DNA from: an uncultured Candidatus Saccharibacteria bacterium
GTDB taxonomy: Bacteria > Patescibacteriota > Doudnabacteria > UBA920
Direction: 5' to 3'
NCBI GenBank assembly: GCA_964594755.1
Contig: CAZQMO010000002.1
Span: 9,889 to 73,888 of the forward strand
Length of the DNA stretch: 64,000 nt
Position numbers and translations under genes: made by a program. The notes under the pieces were generated by a model, which was given only the letters and a program-made list of their open reading frames with translations, was not told the origin of the DNA and searched no databases. Positions 18,217 to 28,525 of this stretch are shown here, piece after piece; position 1 is the first letter of the stretch; each line of letters starts with the position of its first letter.

Positions 18217-19728
18217 CTAATTATTGACTCGATATTGCAAACTTTCTGCTAAGTGTGTTAATTGAATTTTTTCTGAATCTTCAAGGTCTGCAATAGTACG
18301 AGCAACTTTTAAAAGTTTGTTAATTGCCCTACCAGACAATTGATATTTATCACTAGCTTGCTGTAAAAATTTCTGAGTAGTTAAGTCGAGCTGACAGTAA
18401 TCTTTAATTTCCTTACTCGACAACTCGCTATTAGTTTTTTGAGAACCATACCTTTGACGCTGGAGTGTTCTGACTTGCTCAACCACTTGCCGGAGTTCTA
18501 GCGAAGTCTGGTTATCTTTAGTTTCTGCAAACTCAGAGTACTTTAACCTTGGCACTTGAACATGCAAATCAATCCGATCTAATAAAGGTCCGGAGATTTT
18601 TTTGTTATACTTTGCGACTTCAGCTGGGTGACAGTTGCAATGCAGTAATGGGTCACCAAAGTTTCCGCAATGGCAAGGATTCTGAGCTGCCACAAACATA
18701 AACTTGGCAGGAAACTTTAAGGACTGTGTAGCACGGGCAATCATCACGCTACGTTCTTCGAGTGGTTGCCTAAGAACTTCTAAAACTTGTCTGGGAAACT
18801 CTGGCAGTTCATCCATAAACAACACGCCGTTATGAGCCAAACTTACCTCTCCTGGTTTAGGTTTGGCACCACCGCCAATTAACGCCACGCTGGAAGTAGT
18901 ATGATGAGGTGCTCGGAATGGTCTGCTAGTGATGTAGGCATTGCGTAATTGTCCAGCCAAACTATGCAAGTTGGTCGTTTCTAAAATTTCTTGATCAGAC
19001 AGCTTTGGTAAAATTCCGTTCAAAGCTTTGGCTAACATGGTCTTACCACTGCCTGGGCTCCCAACCATCCTTAAATTATGAAAACCTGCTGCCGCGATTA
19101 AAAGAGCTCGCTTAGCCACAGACTGCCCAGCGATATCAGCCATATCAACTTCAACAGGATAATCTTTGTTATGCCTAACTTCCTGTTTAAACGGATATAT
19201 CAATTGCTGGCCCATAAAATGATTAAGCAGTGCTCTTAAACTGGTGACAGGTATGATCGCGATGTTCTTTACCAAAGCCGCCTCGGCGGCATTTTCTGCT
19301 GGAACAAAAACTTCCTTAAGACCAACTCGTTTAGCTGCAAGTACCATGGATAAAACGCCATTACACGCTCTTACTCGGCCGTCTAGAGCCAATTCCCCAA
19401 TAAACATACGGTCTTTCGGATCAAAGGCTATCAGTTTTGAAGCTAATAAAATTGATAAGCCAATTGCCAAATCAAAATGGCTACCAACTTTAGGTAAATC
19501 TCCTGGAGCAAGATTAATGGAAATTCGCGCCACAGGGTAGGCAAAGCTAGTGTTTTTGATAGCTGCTCTAACTCGCTCACGACTTTCTTGAACAATCGTA
19601 TCTGGTAAACCAACAATTACAGTAGCTGGTAAACTGTTCGCTGAAACATCAGTTTCCACTTCAACGATTGCAGCATTATAACCATTCGGTGTGGCGGTTA
19701 AAATTTTAGGTAACACTACAGATGACAT
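18217..19728 (-). CDS. YifB/ComM-family Mg-chelatase-like AAA+ ATPase
   Basis: N-terminal Lon-like domain, a Walker A motif (GSPGSGKTMLAKAL), and a C-terminal zinc-ribbon-like Cys cluster. Confidence 0.9.
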   Translation of the reverse strand: MSSVVLPKILTATPNGYNAAIVEVETDVSANSLPATVIVGLPDTIVQESRERVRAAIKNTSFAYPVARISINLAPGDLPKVGSHFDLAIGLSILLASKLIAFDPKDRMFIGELALDGRVRACNGVLSMVLAAKRVGLKEVFVPAENAAEAALVKNIAIIPVTSLRALLNHFMGQQLIYPFKQEVRHNKDYPVEVDMADIAGQSVAKRALLIAAAGFHNLRMVGSPGSGKTMLAKALNGILPKLSDQEILETTNLHSLAGQLRNAYITSRPFRAPHHTTSSVALIGGGAKPKPGEVSLAHNGVLFMDELPEFPRQVLEVLRQPLEERSVMIARATQSLKFPAKFMFVAAQNPCHCGNFGDPLLHCNCHPAEVAKYNKKISGPLLDRIDLHVQVPRLKYSEFAETKDNQTSLELRQVVEQVRTLQRQRYGSQKTNSELSSKEIKDYCQLDLTTQKFLQQASDKYQLSGRAINKLLKVARTIADLEDSEKIQLTHLAESLQYRVNN

Positions 19729-19780
19729 AAAACCAGCTTACTAGCTGGTAATAAAATTCAGATAAATAATTTCTCAACAG

Positions 19781-20236
19781 TTAAGTTCCGGGTTTGTAAT
19801 TACGTTGAATAAAAATCAGAACTATTCCTAAGAAAATATAAAAGTCGGCAAGATTTAACACCCCGGTTAAAATATAAAAATAATCTACAACGTGTCCAAA
19901 AATGATCCGTTCAAGAAAATTACTCAACCCTCCGGCAATGATCAACACGAACCCTAGCCGACTAACCGCATACAATCGATTCCAGTTGTGATACAAATGG
20001 TGGCTGATAAACAATATCGCGACAAGATACAGCACCACCATCAATGGTAAAGGTAGGTCTAGACTGAACGCAAAGTTTTCGTTTTTAAAAATTGGGAAGT
20101 CCTGCCACAAAACAATGGCTCGAACCACTTGAGTCAGTATTAATAAAATTCCTCCGACGAAAAACCAAAAACCGAAAGTAGAGTTAATATTACTTTCGGT
20201 TTGAGTAGTTGGGTTGAGAGATTCTAATTCGGTCAT
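19781..20236 (-). CDS. lspA: Lipoprotein signal peptidase (signal peptidase II)
   Basis: Four TM helices and the motifs GGLSNFLER, VVDYF and NLADFYI. Confidence 0.85.
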   Translation of the reverse strand: MTELESLNPTTQTESNINSTFGFWFFVGGILLILTQVVRAIVLWQDFPIFKNENFAFSLDLPLPLMVVLYLVAILFISHHLYHNWNRLYAVSRLGFVLIIAGGLSNFLERIIFGHVVDYFYILTGVLNLADFYIFLGIVLIFIQRNYKPGT

Positions 20237-20242
20237 TAAAAA

Positions 20243-20548
20243 TTACAAAGCTTGGTCAGCCCAAGGAATTGCTCGCAAGCGATCTTCGCTGATTTGATTG
20301 CCTTCGTTGTCAGTTCCATAGGAACCGTTTTCAATCTTCAACAATGCATTGTTGATTTTTGTGAGATCTTGACTCATGCGTTCGGATAAATTTTGATTAA
20401 CTTCATCCAACTGTATCTCAGTGGCATTCTCATCTGAATCATCACCAACTTCGGTATGCTCTGAAAGACCAGCTAAATCAATTTCGAGACGAGACTTCTC
20501 TGTTAAGAGCTTAGCCTTCATTTCTTCAATAAATTCTTGTGATAACAT
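20243..20548 (-). CDS. DksA/TraR-family protein that lacks the C4 zinc finger
   Basis: Coiled-coil acidic N-terminus; the C-terminus reads ...ENGSYGTDNEGNQISEDRLRAIPWA, with no Cys residues. Confidence 0.55.
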   Translation of the reverse strand: MLSQEFIEEMKAKLLTEKSRLEIDLAGLSEHTEVGDDSDENATEIQLDEVNQNLSERMSQDLTKINNALLKIENGSYGTDNEGNQISEDRLRAIPWADQAL

Positions 20549-21252
20549 ATATTAATTAGTTACTTACTTTCAGTATAGTAAAATTTAGACAAATAAAAAA
20601 GCGTCTTATCTTGCAGCCCTTGATTTATAAATGAACAGCTGAGATAGGACGCTGTACCCTAATGTCTTGGGCTATTCAGCGTCTTACCTGTAGGACCCCA
20701 ACTGTTGAGATCCTAAAGGTAAGACACTAGATAACACTCTGTAGACTTTAGAGCTTTTCTACAACCGTAGTTGTAGATGTCTATCATTCCAATCGATGAC
20801 AAACTGCACTCGAAACTTCCCTTGTGGTCCGAAGACCTTAAAACTTTTGTTCTTTTTGTTTTGTTTTTGTTTTTGAAAAATTTTTGTTGCTGATTTGAGG
20901 CCAGCAAAGAACCTACATTGATTTTTGTTTTACATACAGCCAAGATTGGATCTGGCTATGACGGAAAGTTAAGAGGGAGGCTACGCTCCAGCCGAGTAAG
21001 TCTAGAAGCGGCAGATTCCCTCAGTTCAGTTTGGGACCAACTAGTCTAGACACATCTAGGTTTCGTTGGTTCACCGATTATATTTTGATTTCAAGGTGCG
21101 GAATTGATTGACTAAACTAATGATAGCAAATTTTTAAGCTATTGTCAATCTGACAACAGCAAAAGCTGTTAACAAAATAAAAACAAGCCAGAAGTTTTGA
21201 TATTAAACTTTCTGGCCTAAATTAAAATATAGTTTGTCCACAATTTTTCCGA

Positions 21253-23421
21253 CTAAGAGTACTTCAATCTGATGATTTTAGGTGGTTCGGCTCCATGCAA
21301 CTGCTTTAAGTTGAGGAGTAGATCATTTTCGCTTATGATTTTCTCAAGCTCAGGGTATTTTTTGGAGTACTCTTTGTATAGAGCTTGGAAATACGGCTGC
21401 TCAGCATCGACTTGAGGTAACTTGGTATAAATCAATGTGCCTGCTGGAGCTGAATACTTCTGTTTATTTACGAAATTACTAGTTGCTAGCAATAGACTCT
21501 TTGGTGAAATCCTAAAATTTCTAAAGATTTTGTTTCCACTGCCAGAATACTCCTGACTATATAGTTTAAACCTATCTTTCAAACTTTGGTAATGCTGCTT
21601 ATAAAAGTCCTTTGCTGCGGCTGGGCTAGGGAATAAAATCACTATCGGGTAATCTAAGTTGTCTAAATGTTCACTGGTAGCTAAATCATGAATATCATTT
21701 ACAAATAGATCAATTAAATCAAGACTAGCTGAATCATTAGTGTTTTTTGCTATCTCTGGATTAAACCCCAAACGTTCGACAAGAAATAAAAGTATTTCTG
21801 GTTTTGAAACAGTGTTGGTCAGTTTCACACTGTGGTACTTATCAAACAGATTCTTTGCCAACTGCTCAATCCGAATTGGCTGGGAATGAAGGATAACGTT
21901 TTCATCGCTGAGTTCAACCCATTTCACTTGATTTGGAACTAGTTCAAAGAAGGCGGTCAGATCATCCCCTAGTTGAATTAGACGCTCGTGCTCAGCGTTA
22001 TCCCCAAGTGCTTTTAACTTTTCGGAGAGGTTGGCAGCGGCCCCAACTAACCTATGGTAGTAGACAGGCTGAAGAACTTCTAAATCACTAAGTGAAATAT
22101 AATCGGTCCGTTTGGTATTTTGACGAAGCATAATCTGAACTAATCCGAAGAACAGATCCACTGCTGCCAAAGTATCAACTACTTGAGTACTGAGCTGTTC
22201 GTTACCGTAAGAGGTCTCCGGATTATAAATTGACTTCACTACAAACGTAAAATAATTCCAGCTCAATCTTTCCTTACTTCCAAAAGTGAGGTAGCGTTCA
22301 AATCTTTGCAAGTCACAAATTACTAATTGGCGGTTGGTTTCCAAATCTTGTTCTGCAAGATCGGTAAATGTTTCATAATCACAAGCTGCAATTTTACCAG
22401 TTGCTGGTTGGAAAGATTCGTTGACAATAAAAGTTCTGAATTGACCTCCAAAGAATGACAAGTTTAAATCCAACACTGTTTTGGTTTGCCAGTTACTATG
22501 TTGCCACACCAACACTTTCAAACAGAATCTTAACTCTTCTTGGGTACTGGCAGTCTTCATAAACGCCGCAAAACTTTTGGCGCTAAACAAATCTGCGGAT
22601 TGAAAAATACCTTCGACTAATCCTGCTCGCCACAAGCGTAACACTTCTGTTTTATCTGGCAAGACTAATAAGCTCGGTTGATCTGAACTGTGTAAGCTAT
22701 TGGCAACTCGAGACTCATGCAAAAAATGTTTTGGGTCAATTACAATCTGTTGATCAAAATTAGCAATGGTGTCAGTAGCAAGCTCTGTTTGGGCTAAAGA
22801 GTCAGCTCCATCTGCAGTGCTAGTAGGAAACGGATGTGTTAACAATTTACTCCACTCAAATTCCGCCTGCTCATAAATTTTTCTCAGCTGCAATTTTAAC
22901 TTGTCTGGCAAACCTGAATGAATTTGCATCAATTTTTCCAGCAATAAAATTGTAGAAATACTATCCCCTAAAGCTCTGTGACTGTCTTGGTGCTTGAGGT
23001 TAAAATAGTGCATTAAATTTTCTAAGTTGTAACTGTGATGAGTTGGTAGTAAAAATTGAACTAACTCTAAAGTATCAATAACCTTGCCAGACAATTTAAT
23101 ACCCGCTTGTTCCAAAAACTTCACATCCAAAACCGGATTATGAGCAACCAATACAGCCTTACCTAACTTTTCATTTAAAAACTCCTTAAACTCACTAACA
23201 TCAGGAGCTCCATCGATTTCTTTTTGACTGATACCGGTCAAACCAAGAATCTTAGGATGTACATCTATCGTCGGTTTAAAAACCTGTGACCACTTTTCAC
23301 CAATTACCAGACCATCCTTGGTAACATCAAAAAATGCAAATCCGATTTCTAGGATTTGCTCGGTCTCTGGATCAAAACCAGTGAACTCTAAGTCGATACT
23401 GCAATACTGAAGCTTTGGCAT
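21253..23421 (-). CDS. DnaQ-like DEDDh 3'-5' exonuclease domain fused to a roughly 550-aa C-terminal domain of unknown function (DinG-like architecture, but no Walker A/B motifs were seen)
   Basis: Exo motifs DLEFTGFD, VLVAHNPVLD and HRALGDS. The start is proposed at the ATG at 23421 (MPKLQYC...). The track's longer ORF to 23523 would overlap the recA terminator and stop codon. Confidence 0.7.
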   Translation of the reverse strand: MPKLQYCSIDLEFTGFDPETEQILEIGFAFFDVTKDGLVIGEKWSQVFKPTIDVHPKILGLTGISQKEIDGAPDVSEFKEFLNEKLGKAVLVAHNPVLDVKFLEQAGIKLSGKVIDTLELVQFLLPTHHSYNLENLMHYFNLKHQDSHRALGDSISTILLLEKLMQIHSGLPDKLKLQLRKIYEQAEFEWSKLLTHPFPTSTADGADSLAQTELATDTIANFDQQIVIDPKHFLHESRVANSLHSSDQPSLLVLPDKTEVLRLWRAGLVEGIFQSADLFSAKSFAAFMKTASTQEELRFCLKVLVWQHSNWQTKTVLDLNLSFFGGQFRTFIVNESFQPATGKIAACDYETFTDLAEQDLETNRQLVICDLQRFERYLTFGSKERLSWNYFTFVVKSIYNPETSYGNEQLSTQVVDTLAAVDLFFGLVQIMLRQNTKRTDYISLSDLEVLQPVYYHRLVGAAANLSEKLKALGDNAEHERLIQLGDDLTAFFELVPNQVKWVELSDENVILHSQPIRIEQLAKNLFDKYHSVKLTNTVSKPEILLFLVERLGFNPEIAKNTNDSASLDLIDLFVNDIHDLATSEHLDNLDYPIVILFPSPAAAKDFYKQHYQSLKDRFKLYSQEYSGSGNKIFRNFRISPKSLLLATSNFVNKQKYSAPAGTLIYTKLPQVDAEQPYFQALYKEYSKKYPELEKIISENDLLLNLKQLHGAEPPKIIRLKYS

Positions 23422-23460
23422 GTCTATATTATAGAGTAAATATCTAGCTGGGGAAACTAA

Positions 23461-23481
23461 AAAAGCCCGTAGGGCTTTTTT
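23461..23481 (-). terminator. Rho-independent terminator of recA
   Basis: Hairpin aaaaGCCCgtaGGGCtttttt, immediately after the recA stop codon. Confidence 0.7.
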
Positions 23482-24541
23482 ATTCTTCGTCATCATCAGC
23501 TGGTTTATTGGGTAAGGCGTCACCTTCCTGAAGCTTTTTTCTTAAAGCTGCATCAACTTGTTCAAAGACTTCTGGATTTTCTTTTAAGAAAGTCTTGGCC
23601 GTCTCGCGACCAACCCCAAGTTTGATATCACCAAATGAGTACGAGTTACCACTCTTCGAAATAACTTCCATCAACAAGCCTGTATCAAGGACGTCACCGG
23701 ATGCGGAAATGCCTTCGTTATACATAATGTCGAACTCCGCGACTTTGAATGGCGGGGCAACTTTATTTTTTACTACCTTAGCTTTAGTACGATTGCCGAT
23801 AATTTTATCGCCATTCTTAATTTGAGCACTACGACGAACTTCCACCCGGACGGAAGCATAAAATTTGAGAGCATTTCCACCAGTAGTAGTCTCTGGATTA
23901 CCGAACATTACACCAATCTTCATGCGAATTTGGTTGATAAAAATTACAGTAGTATGAGTCTTAGAAATTATTCCAGTTAATTTACGCAAAGCTTGAGACA
24001 TCAGCCGTGCCTGTAACCCCATATGAGAAGCACCCATCTCGCCTTCAATCTCTGCGCGAGGAGTTAGTGCAGCAACCGAGTCAATCACAATTAAATCTAA
24101 AGCATTACTCCGCACTAACGTTTCGGCGATATCTAAAGCTTGTTCACCACTATCTGGCTGGGAGACCAATAAATCATCCAACTTAACGCCGATACGCTTG
24201 GCGTAATCAGGATCAAGCGCGTGCTCTGCGTCTATAAAAGCGGCCAGTCCACCTTTCTTTTGAACTTCGGCAATCATATGTAAAGTTAAAGTTGTTTTAC
24301 CTGAGCTTTCTGGCCCATAAATTTCAACGATTCGTCCTTTTGGAATCCCTCCTACCCCAAGGGCCATATCCAAACTAATACTCCCTGTCGGAATTGCCTC
24401 AACGTTTAATTTCTGATTGTCGGCAATCTTCATAATACTCCCGTCACCGAACTTGTCACGAATTTGATCAATAGCACTTTCGATTGCACCAGCACGGCCG
24501 GCGTCCATGGTAACCTTTTTAGGTTTAGTAGCTTTTGGCAT
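23480..24541 (-). CDS. recA: Recombinase RecA
   Basis: RecA motifs [16 protein letters not shown] and [10 protein letters not shown], with an acidic C-terminal tail. Confidence 0.97.
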   Translation of the reverse strand: MPKATKPKKVTMDAGRAGAIESAIDQIRDKFGDGSIMKIADNQKLNVEAIPTGSISLDMALGVGGIPKGRIVEIYGPESSGKTTLTLHMIAEVQKKGGLAAFIDAEHALDPDYAKRIGVKLDDLLVSQPDSGEQALDIAETLVRSNALDLIVIDSVAALTPRAEIEGEMGASHMGLQARLMSQALRKLTGIISKTHTTVIFINQIRMKIGVMFGNPETTTGGNALKFYASVRVEVRRSAQIKNGDKIIGNRTKAKVVKNKVAPPFKVAEFDIMYNEGISASGDVLDTGLLMEVISKSGNSYSFGDIKLGVGRETAKTFLKENPEVFEQVDAALRKKLQEGDALPNKPADDDEE

Positions 24542-24551
24542 ATAGATTTAC

Positions 24552-25523
24552 TTAATTGATTTCCAAAATTTCTTGGGCTTCTTGGGTAAATGGTACTGTG
24601 ATTTTCTCACCTGGCTTACCTAGCGCACCCAGCTTTTGTCCGTTATAACTAACTTGAGTATTGCCTGCATCACTGGTGGTTAATTCAACTATCTCTCGAG
24701 CAGTCACCTTCTTGGTTGCCCCAGCTGGGATTATTTCTTCTGGGAGCTCTACCCCATCCTTGACTAAATTAATGGTTGTACTTTTGGTGAATTGTAACTC
24801 TAAGACGATTTCGCTAGGCTGTTCGGTAACTTCACCAGCCACCTGGGGTTCATCGACACGAAGTGAAAACACTTCTGTTTTTTCTTTTCCAAATTTATTA
24901 GTTGCAACTACCTGAAAATCTTTCTGCCCTGGAGCTGCCCCGAGAGTAGTTTCAAAACTCCCATCTGGTTTCACCATCACGTTTTGCCCGTTCACACTAA
25001 CGCTAACCCCTGGTTCTGTTTTTCCTTTGAAGGCAATAGAACTACCTGATAAAACTGTGTTTGGGATTGGTTCGAGAATAGTTAACTCTGGAGTGCGATT
25101 AACGGAGAACACCTGGATTAAGACGTAGGCAAAGGCACCGACGCCTAGTAATAAGCCCGCAGAAATTGAAATAAGTTTTGGGGTCACCGAAAATTCTGCA
25201 AAAAGAGCTTTCAACCCTTTAGGGACATTAACCTTCTCGCGGTCAGTCTGCAAGAATAGATCCTTCTCTTTTTTGAACTGCTCCAGTAAATCCTCGCAAG
25301 AGATTGAATACGCCCCTGCCAGCTTCTTTAAGAAGCCAATGGTATAGGCATCCGGCGGCAAGATTTGGTATTGCCCATGCTCTATAGCCACAATAAACTT
25401 TTCTAAAATGCCAGTTTTTTGGGCTACTTCTGGTAGGGTTAACTGCAACTGCTCGCGAATCGCTTTAAGATATTCCCCCAGAGTTTCTTGAGAGATTTTT
25501 TTTATTTCAAATCCTTCTGACAT
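24552..25523 (-). CDS. RodZ-like cytoskeleton protein (N-terminal HTH, one TM helix, extracytoplasmic C-terminal domain)
   Basis: RodZ-type HTH region (LGEYLKAIREQLQLTLPEVAQKTGI...IEHGQY), one TM helix, then a beta-rich C-terminal domain. Confidence 0.65.
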   Translation of the reverse strand: MSEGFEIKKISQETLGEYLKAIREQLQLTLPEVAQKTGILEKFIVAIEHGQYQILPPDAYTIGFLKKLAGAYSISCEDLLEQFKKEKDLFLQTDREKVNVPKGLKALFAEFSVTPKLISISAGLLLGVGAFAYVLIQVFSVNRTPELTILEPIPNTVLSGSSIAFKGKTEPGVSVSVNGQNVMVKPDGSFETTLGAAPGQKDFQVVATNKFGKEKTEVFSLRVDEPQVAGEVTEQPSEIVLELQFTKSTTINLVKDGVELPEEIIPAGATKKVTAREIVELTTSDAGNTQVSYNGQKLGALGKPGEKITVPFTQEAQEILEIN

Positions 25524-25631
25524 ACTTATTATATTACCACACCCATAAAATCCTGTTTAATAAATTCTCAAGTATGGGTCATCCAATAAAAAAACCTCAG
25601 AATCTCTGAGGTTTTTCTCTAAAACCTATTA

Positions 25632-27863
25632 CTAAGCTTGTTCATCGGAGCCATATTCTGCTCTTTCTGCATCAGAAACACCGTAAACCTCTCGAGGCTT
25701 GGCGCCTTCCGCGGGACCAACCACACCGTGCTCTTCTAAAATATCAAGTAATCTGGCCGCCCGAGCATACCCCACACGAAGACGACGTTGCAATAATGAA
25801 GCGGATGCTTTTCCTGCGCGCATCACCTCGGCCTTAGCTTCCTCAAACAGTTCGTCACCTGCGTCATCGTCACCGCCTCCCAAACCAGGAACCGAACTTG
25901 AACGCTTTTGCTTCTCTACGATCTCTTCGTTATAAATCACTGCACCGGTCTGTTGTTTAAAGAAGTCTACTACCTTATGTACTTCCTTCTCGGTGATTAA
26001 TGCGCCTTGAATACGTCGTGGTTTAGTGCTTTCTGCGGAAGTATACAACATATCTCCTCGGCCCAAAAGTTTTTCTGCGCCACTGGAATCTAAAATAGTT
26101 CGACTATCAATCTGACTTGGAACCTTAAAGGCCACGCGAGCGGTGATGTTGGCTTTAATCAATCCTGTAATAACTTCAGTACTTGGCCGCTGCGTTGCCA
26201 AAGTTAAGTGGATACCTACAGCGCGCGCCATTTGTGCGAGTCGAACAATAGCAGCTTCAACATCCTGTTTGGCGACGGCCATAAGATCTGCCAATTCATC
26301 TACAACTATTACGATATAAGGCAATGCTAATTCATTTTTTTCGTTGTACTCAGCAATGTTGCGCTTACCCGCTTCGGCGACAAGTTTGTAACGGCGCTCC
26401 ATTTCTGAAACTGCCCACTTAAGAGCATTGATGGCTTTGTCAGTATCTACGATTGGCGAGGTTAGCAGGTGAGGAATCCCATTATAAGGCGTGAGCTCAA
26501 CGCGTTTAGGGTCCACCATGATGAACTTAACATCCTGCGGAGTGTTTCTATATAGTAGAGAAACGATGAAACTGTTAATAGCAACACTCTTACCGGTATT
26601 AGTAGCACCTGCGATCAGCAAGTGAGGCATTTTTGCTAAATCCGCGATTTGCGGACGGCCAGCCACATCACGTCCCAGGGCCAAGACCAACTTGCCGCTA
26701 TTATTTACAAAGTCTGAAGTTTGCATAACTTCGCGGATATTTACCGTAGCTGTAGTTTTATTTGGGACTTCAATACCTACCAATGATTTACCTGGAATCG
26801 GCAGTTCCATACGCAGAGATTGAGGTGCGGCCAAGGCCAAAGCTAAATTGCTTTGCAAAGCAGTAATTTGGTTTAATCTCACGCCAGCTGCCGGCGCAAA
26901 AGTATACTGTGTTACAGTCGGACCAACATTAACTTCGCCCATTTCAACTTTGATGCCGAAGTCGGCAAGAGTTTTTTGAATCAGCGCTACATTGGCTTCA
27001 ATGTCGCCACTATCAACCTTGGATTTATTTTCGTCCAACAAATCAAATGGTGGTAATTTCCAATCACGGCGATCTTCTAAAATAATTGACTCCATCGTAG
27101 AGATTGCCTCATCAGCTTTATTATTTTTGCCTGGCATAACATTGATGGTTTGCTCAACTTGCTGCTCCTCTTCTTCCTCTTCTTCTGTCTCTTCATCACT
27201 AGAGATTGGTTCATTCATGGCATTGATTTTTAGCTCTGTGACCTTAGCTTCGATCTCCTGATCTTTTTTCTTTTGCCAGAATTTTAAAGGTGCTAAGTTG
27301 AATGCAATCAAAATTCCTATAACTAGTAATCCAACTATAATTAATCCGCCAGCCCAAAATCCTAAGTAACCAATCAGTGGCCCAGAGACAATTGCTCCCA
27401 AGTATCCGCCGGCCATTCCTTCTGAAGCCAAACTAAAAGCCGTTTCACCTTCGTCTAAATATAGCGCATGAATAAACCCTGCTGCACCAGCAGTAATAAG
27501 AATCATCCCAATATATGTTCGGGCATAAGGGTGGGATACTTCTTCGCTTTCTTCATCTTCTGCTTGATCTACATCAGCTTGCGGCTTTGATTGAAATAAA
27601 ATTAACGCCACTAGCACCAGCAGAACCGGTACCGTATAAGACATTAGACCAAACAGCATGGAAAGCAGTTTGGAAAGATACCCTCCTAGTGGTCCAGCTG
27701 TATTGACGAGGGCTAGAGCCACCACTGCGGCTAAAATTAAAAATACCACCACAGCAATGCTGCGCTTGGTATCACTGGCTAAGTTTAATTGGGGAACTTT
27801 GATTAATTTTCGCTCTTCCTCTTCATCTTTGCGGCGGGTGTATTTTCGCTTTGTGCGAGCCAT
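25632..27863 (-). CDS. ftsK: DNA translocase FtsK/SpoIIIE
   Basis: N-terminal TM segments, an acidic linker, a Walker A motif (GATNTGKSVAINSFI), and a C-terminal gamma/winged-helix domain. Confidence 0.95.
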   Translation of the reverse strand: MARTKRKYTRRKDEEEERKLIKVPQLNLASDTKRSIAVVVFLILAAVVALALVNTAGPLGGYLSKLLSMLFGLMSYTVPVLLVLVALILFQSKPQADVDQAEDEESEEVSHPYARTYIGMILITAGAAGFIHALYLDEGETAFSLASEGMAGGYLGAIVSGPLIGYLGFWAGGLIIVGLLVIGILIAFNLAPLKFWQKKKDQEIEAKVTELKINAMNEPISSDEETEEEEEEEQQVEQTINVMPGKNNKADEAISTMESIILEDRRDWKLPPFDLLDENKSKVDSGDIEANVALIQKTLADFGIKVEMGEVNVGPTVTQYTFAPAAGVRLNQITALQSNLALALAAPQSLRMELPIPGKSLVGIEVPNKTTATVNIREVMQTSDFVNNSGKLVLALGRDVAGRPQIADLAKMPHLLIAGATNTGKSVAINSFIVSLLYRNTPQDVKFIMVDPKRVELTPYNGIPHLLTSPIVDTDKAINALKWAVSEMERRYKLVAEAGKRNIAEYNEKNELALPYIVIVVDELADLMAVAKQDVEAAIVRLAQMARAVGIHLTLATQRPSTEVITGLIKANITARVAFKVPSQIDSRTILDSSGAEKLLGRGDMLYTSAESTKPRRIQGALITEKEVHKVVDFFKQQTGAVIYNEEIVEKQKRSSSVPGLGGGDDDAGDELFEEAKAEVMRAGKASASLLQRRLRVGYARAARLLDILEEHGVVGPAEGAKPREVYGVSDAERAEYGSDEQA

Positions 27864-27969
27864 ATTTGTTTCTGGGTTACTAAAATCAGTCTATATTATA
27901 GCACTTTATCCATATCTATTTGAGCACTTATGTTATTCTGCTACACTTTTTCTAAGAAATGGAGGATTT

Positions 27970-28314
27970 ATGGAAAGAGAGTACTATAATAAGCTGGTTC
28001 GGGATAAAATTCCTAAAATCATCAAGAAAAATGGGGGTGAATGTAAATATCACGTACTCTCGTGGCAAGGGCATATTGAGAGTCTCCACCATAAGATCCA
28101 CGAGGAGGTGCAAGAATTTATCGCGGCAACCTTGCCAGACACCCGGCTCTCTGAAGCTGCTGACATAGCGACAGCTATCATGACACTATGGCGGATGCGA
28201 GACATCCCCGTGGTTCAACAGGACCTTGCACGAAGAGAATATCGGATTGCATATCAAAGTGGTAAATTTGATTTGCTTCACGAAATTAATCAGCATGCTT
28301 TGAAACTAAAATAA
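27970..28314 (+). CDS. MazG-like / PRA-PH-like nucleoside triphosphate pyrophosphohydrolase
   Basis: A GGAGG Shine-Dalgarno sequence sits 5 nt upstream of the ATG. The N-terminus reads MEREYYNKLVRDKIPKIIKKNGGE. The 5' extension to 27658 in the track overlaps ftsK and is rejected. Confidence 0.75.
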   Translation: MEREYYNKLVRDKIPKIIKKNGGECKYHVLSWQGHIESLHHKIHEEVQEFIAATLPDTRLSEAADIATAIMTLWRMRDIPVVQQDLARREYRIAYQSGKFDLLHEINQHALKLK

Positions 28315-28495
28315 GTCTGCGATAAAGTTGCGGCTGCCCTATCAACAGCGGGCATCATAGAAGGCTGCTTGTAGTGCTAGGCCGAGATGGATACCAACTC
28401 GAACAGCTCAATGCTCGGATAACAGAAATCCGAGATAAGCGCGGAGTATTTGATAAAGGCTACTTCCTTGTTTGGGCAACCAAAAAATAATTTAA

Positions 28496-28525
28496 AGACC
28501 CCACTTACCAGTGGGGTCTAATTTT
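28496..28525. terminator. Bidirectional rho-independent terminator (serves the mazG-like and hsp20 genes)
   Basis: agaccccac-ttacca-gtggggtct hairpin with A/T runs on both sides. Confidence 0.65.

Noticed and set aside
27658-27969. 5' extension of the mazG-like ORF that the track gives
   Set aside because: It would overlap the ftsK start on the opposite strand. The internal ATG at 27970 has a perfect GGAGG Shine-Dalgarno sequence, and the family's proteins start with YNKLVRDKIP, so 27970 is taken as the start.
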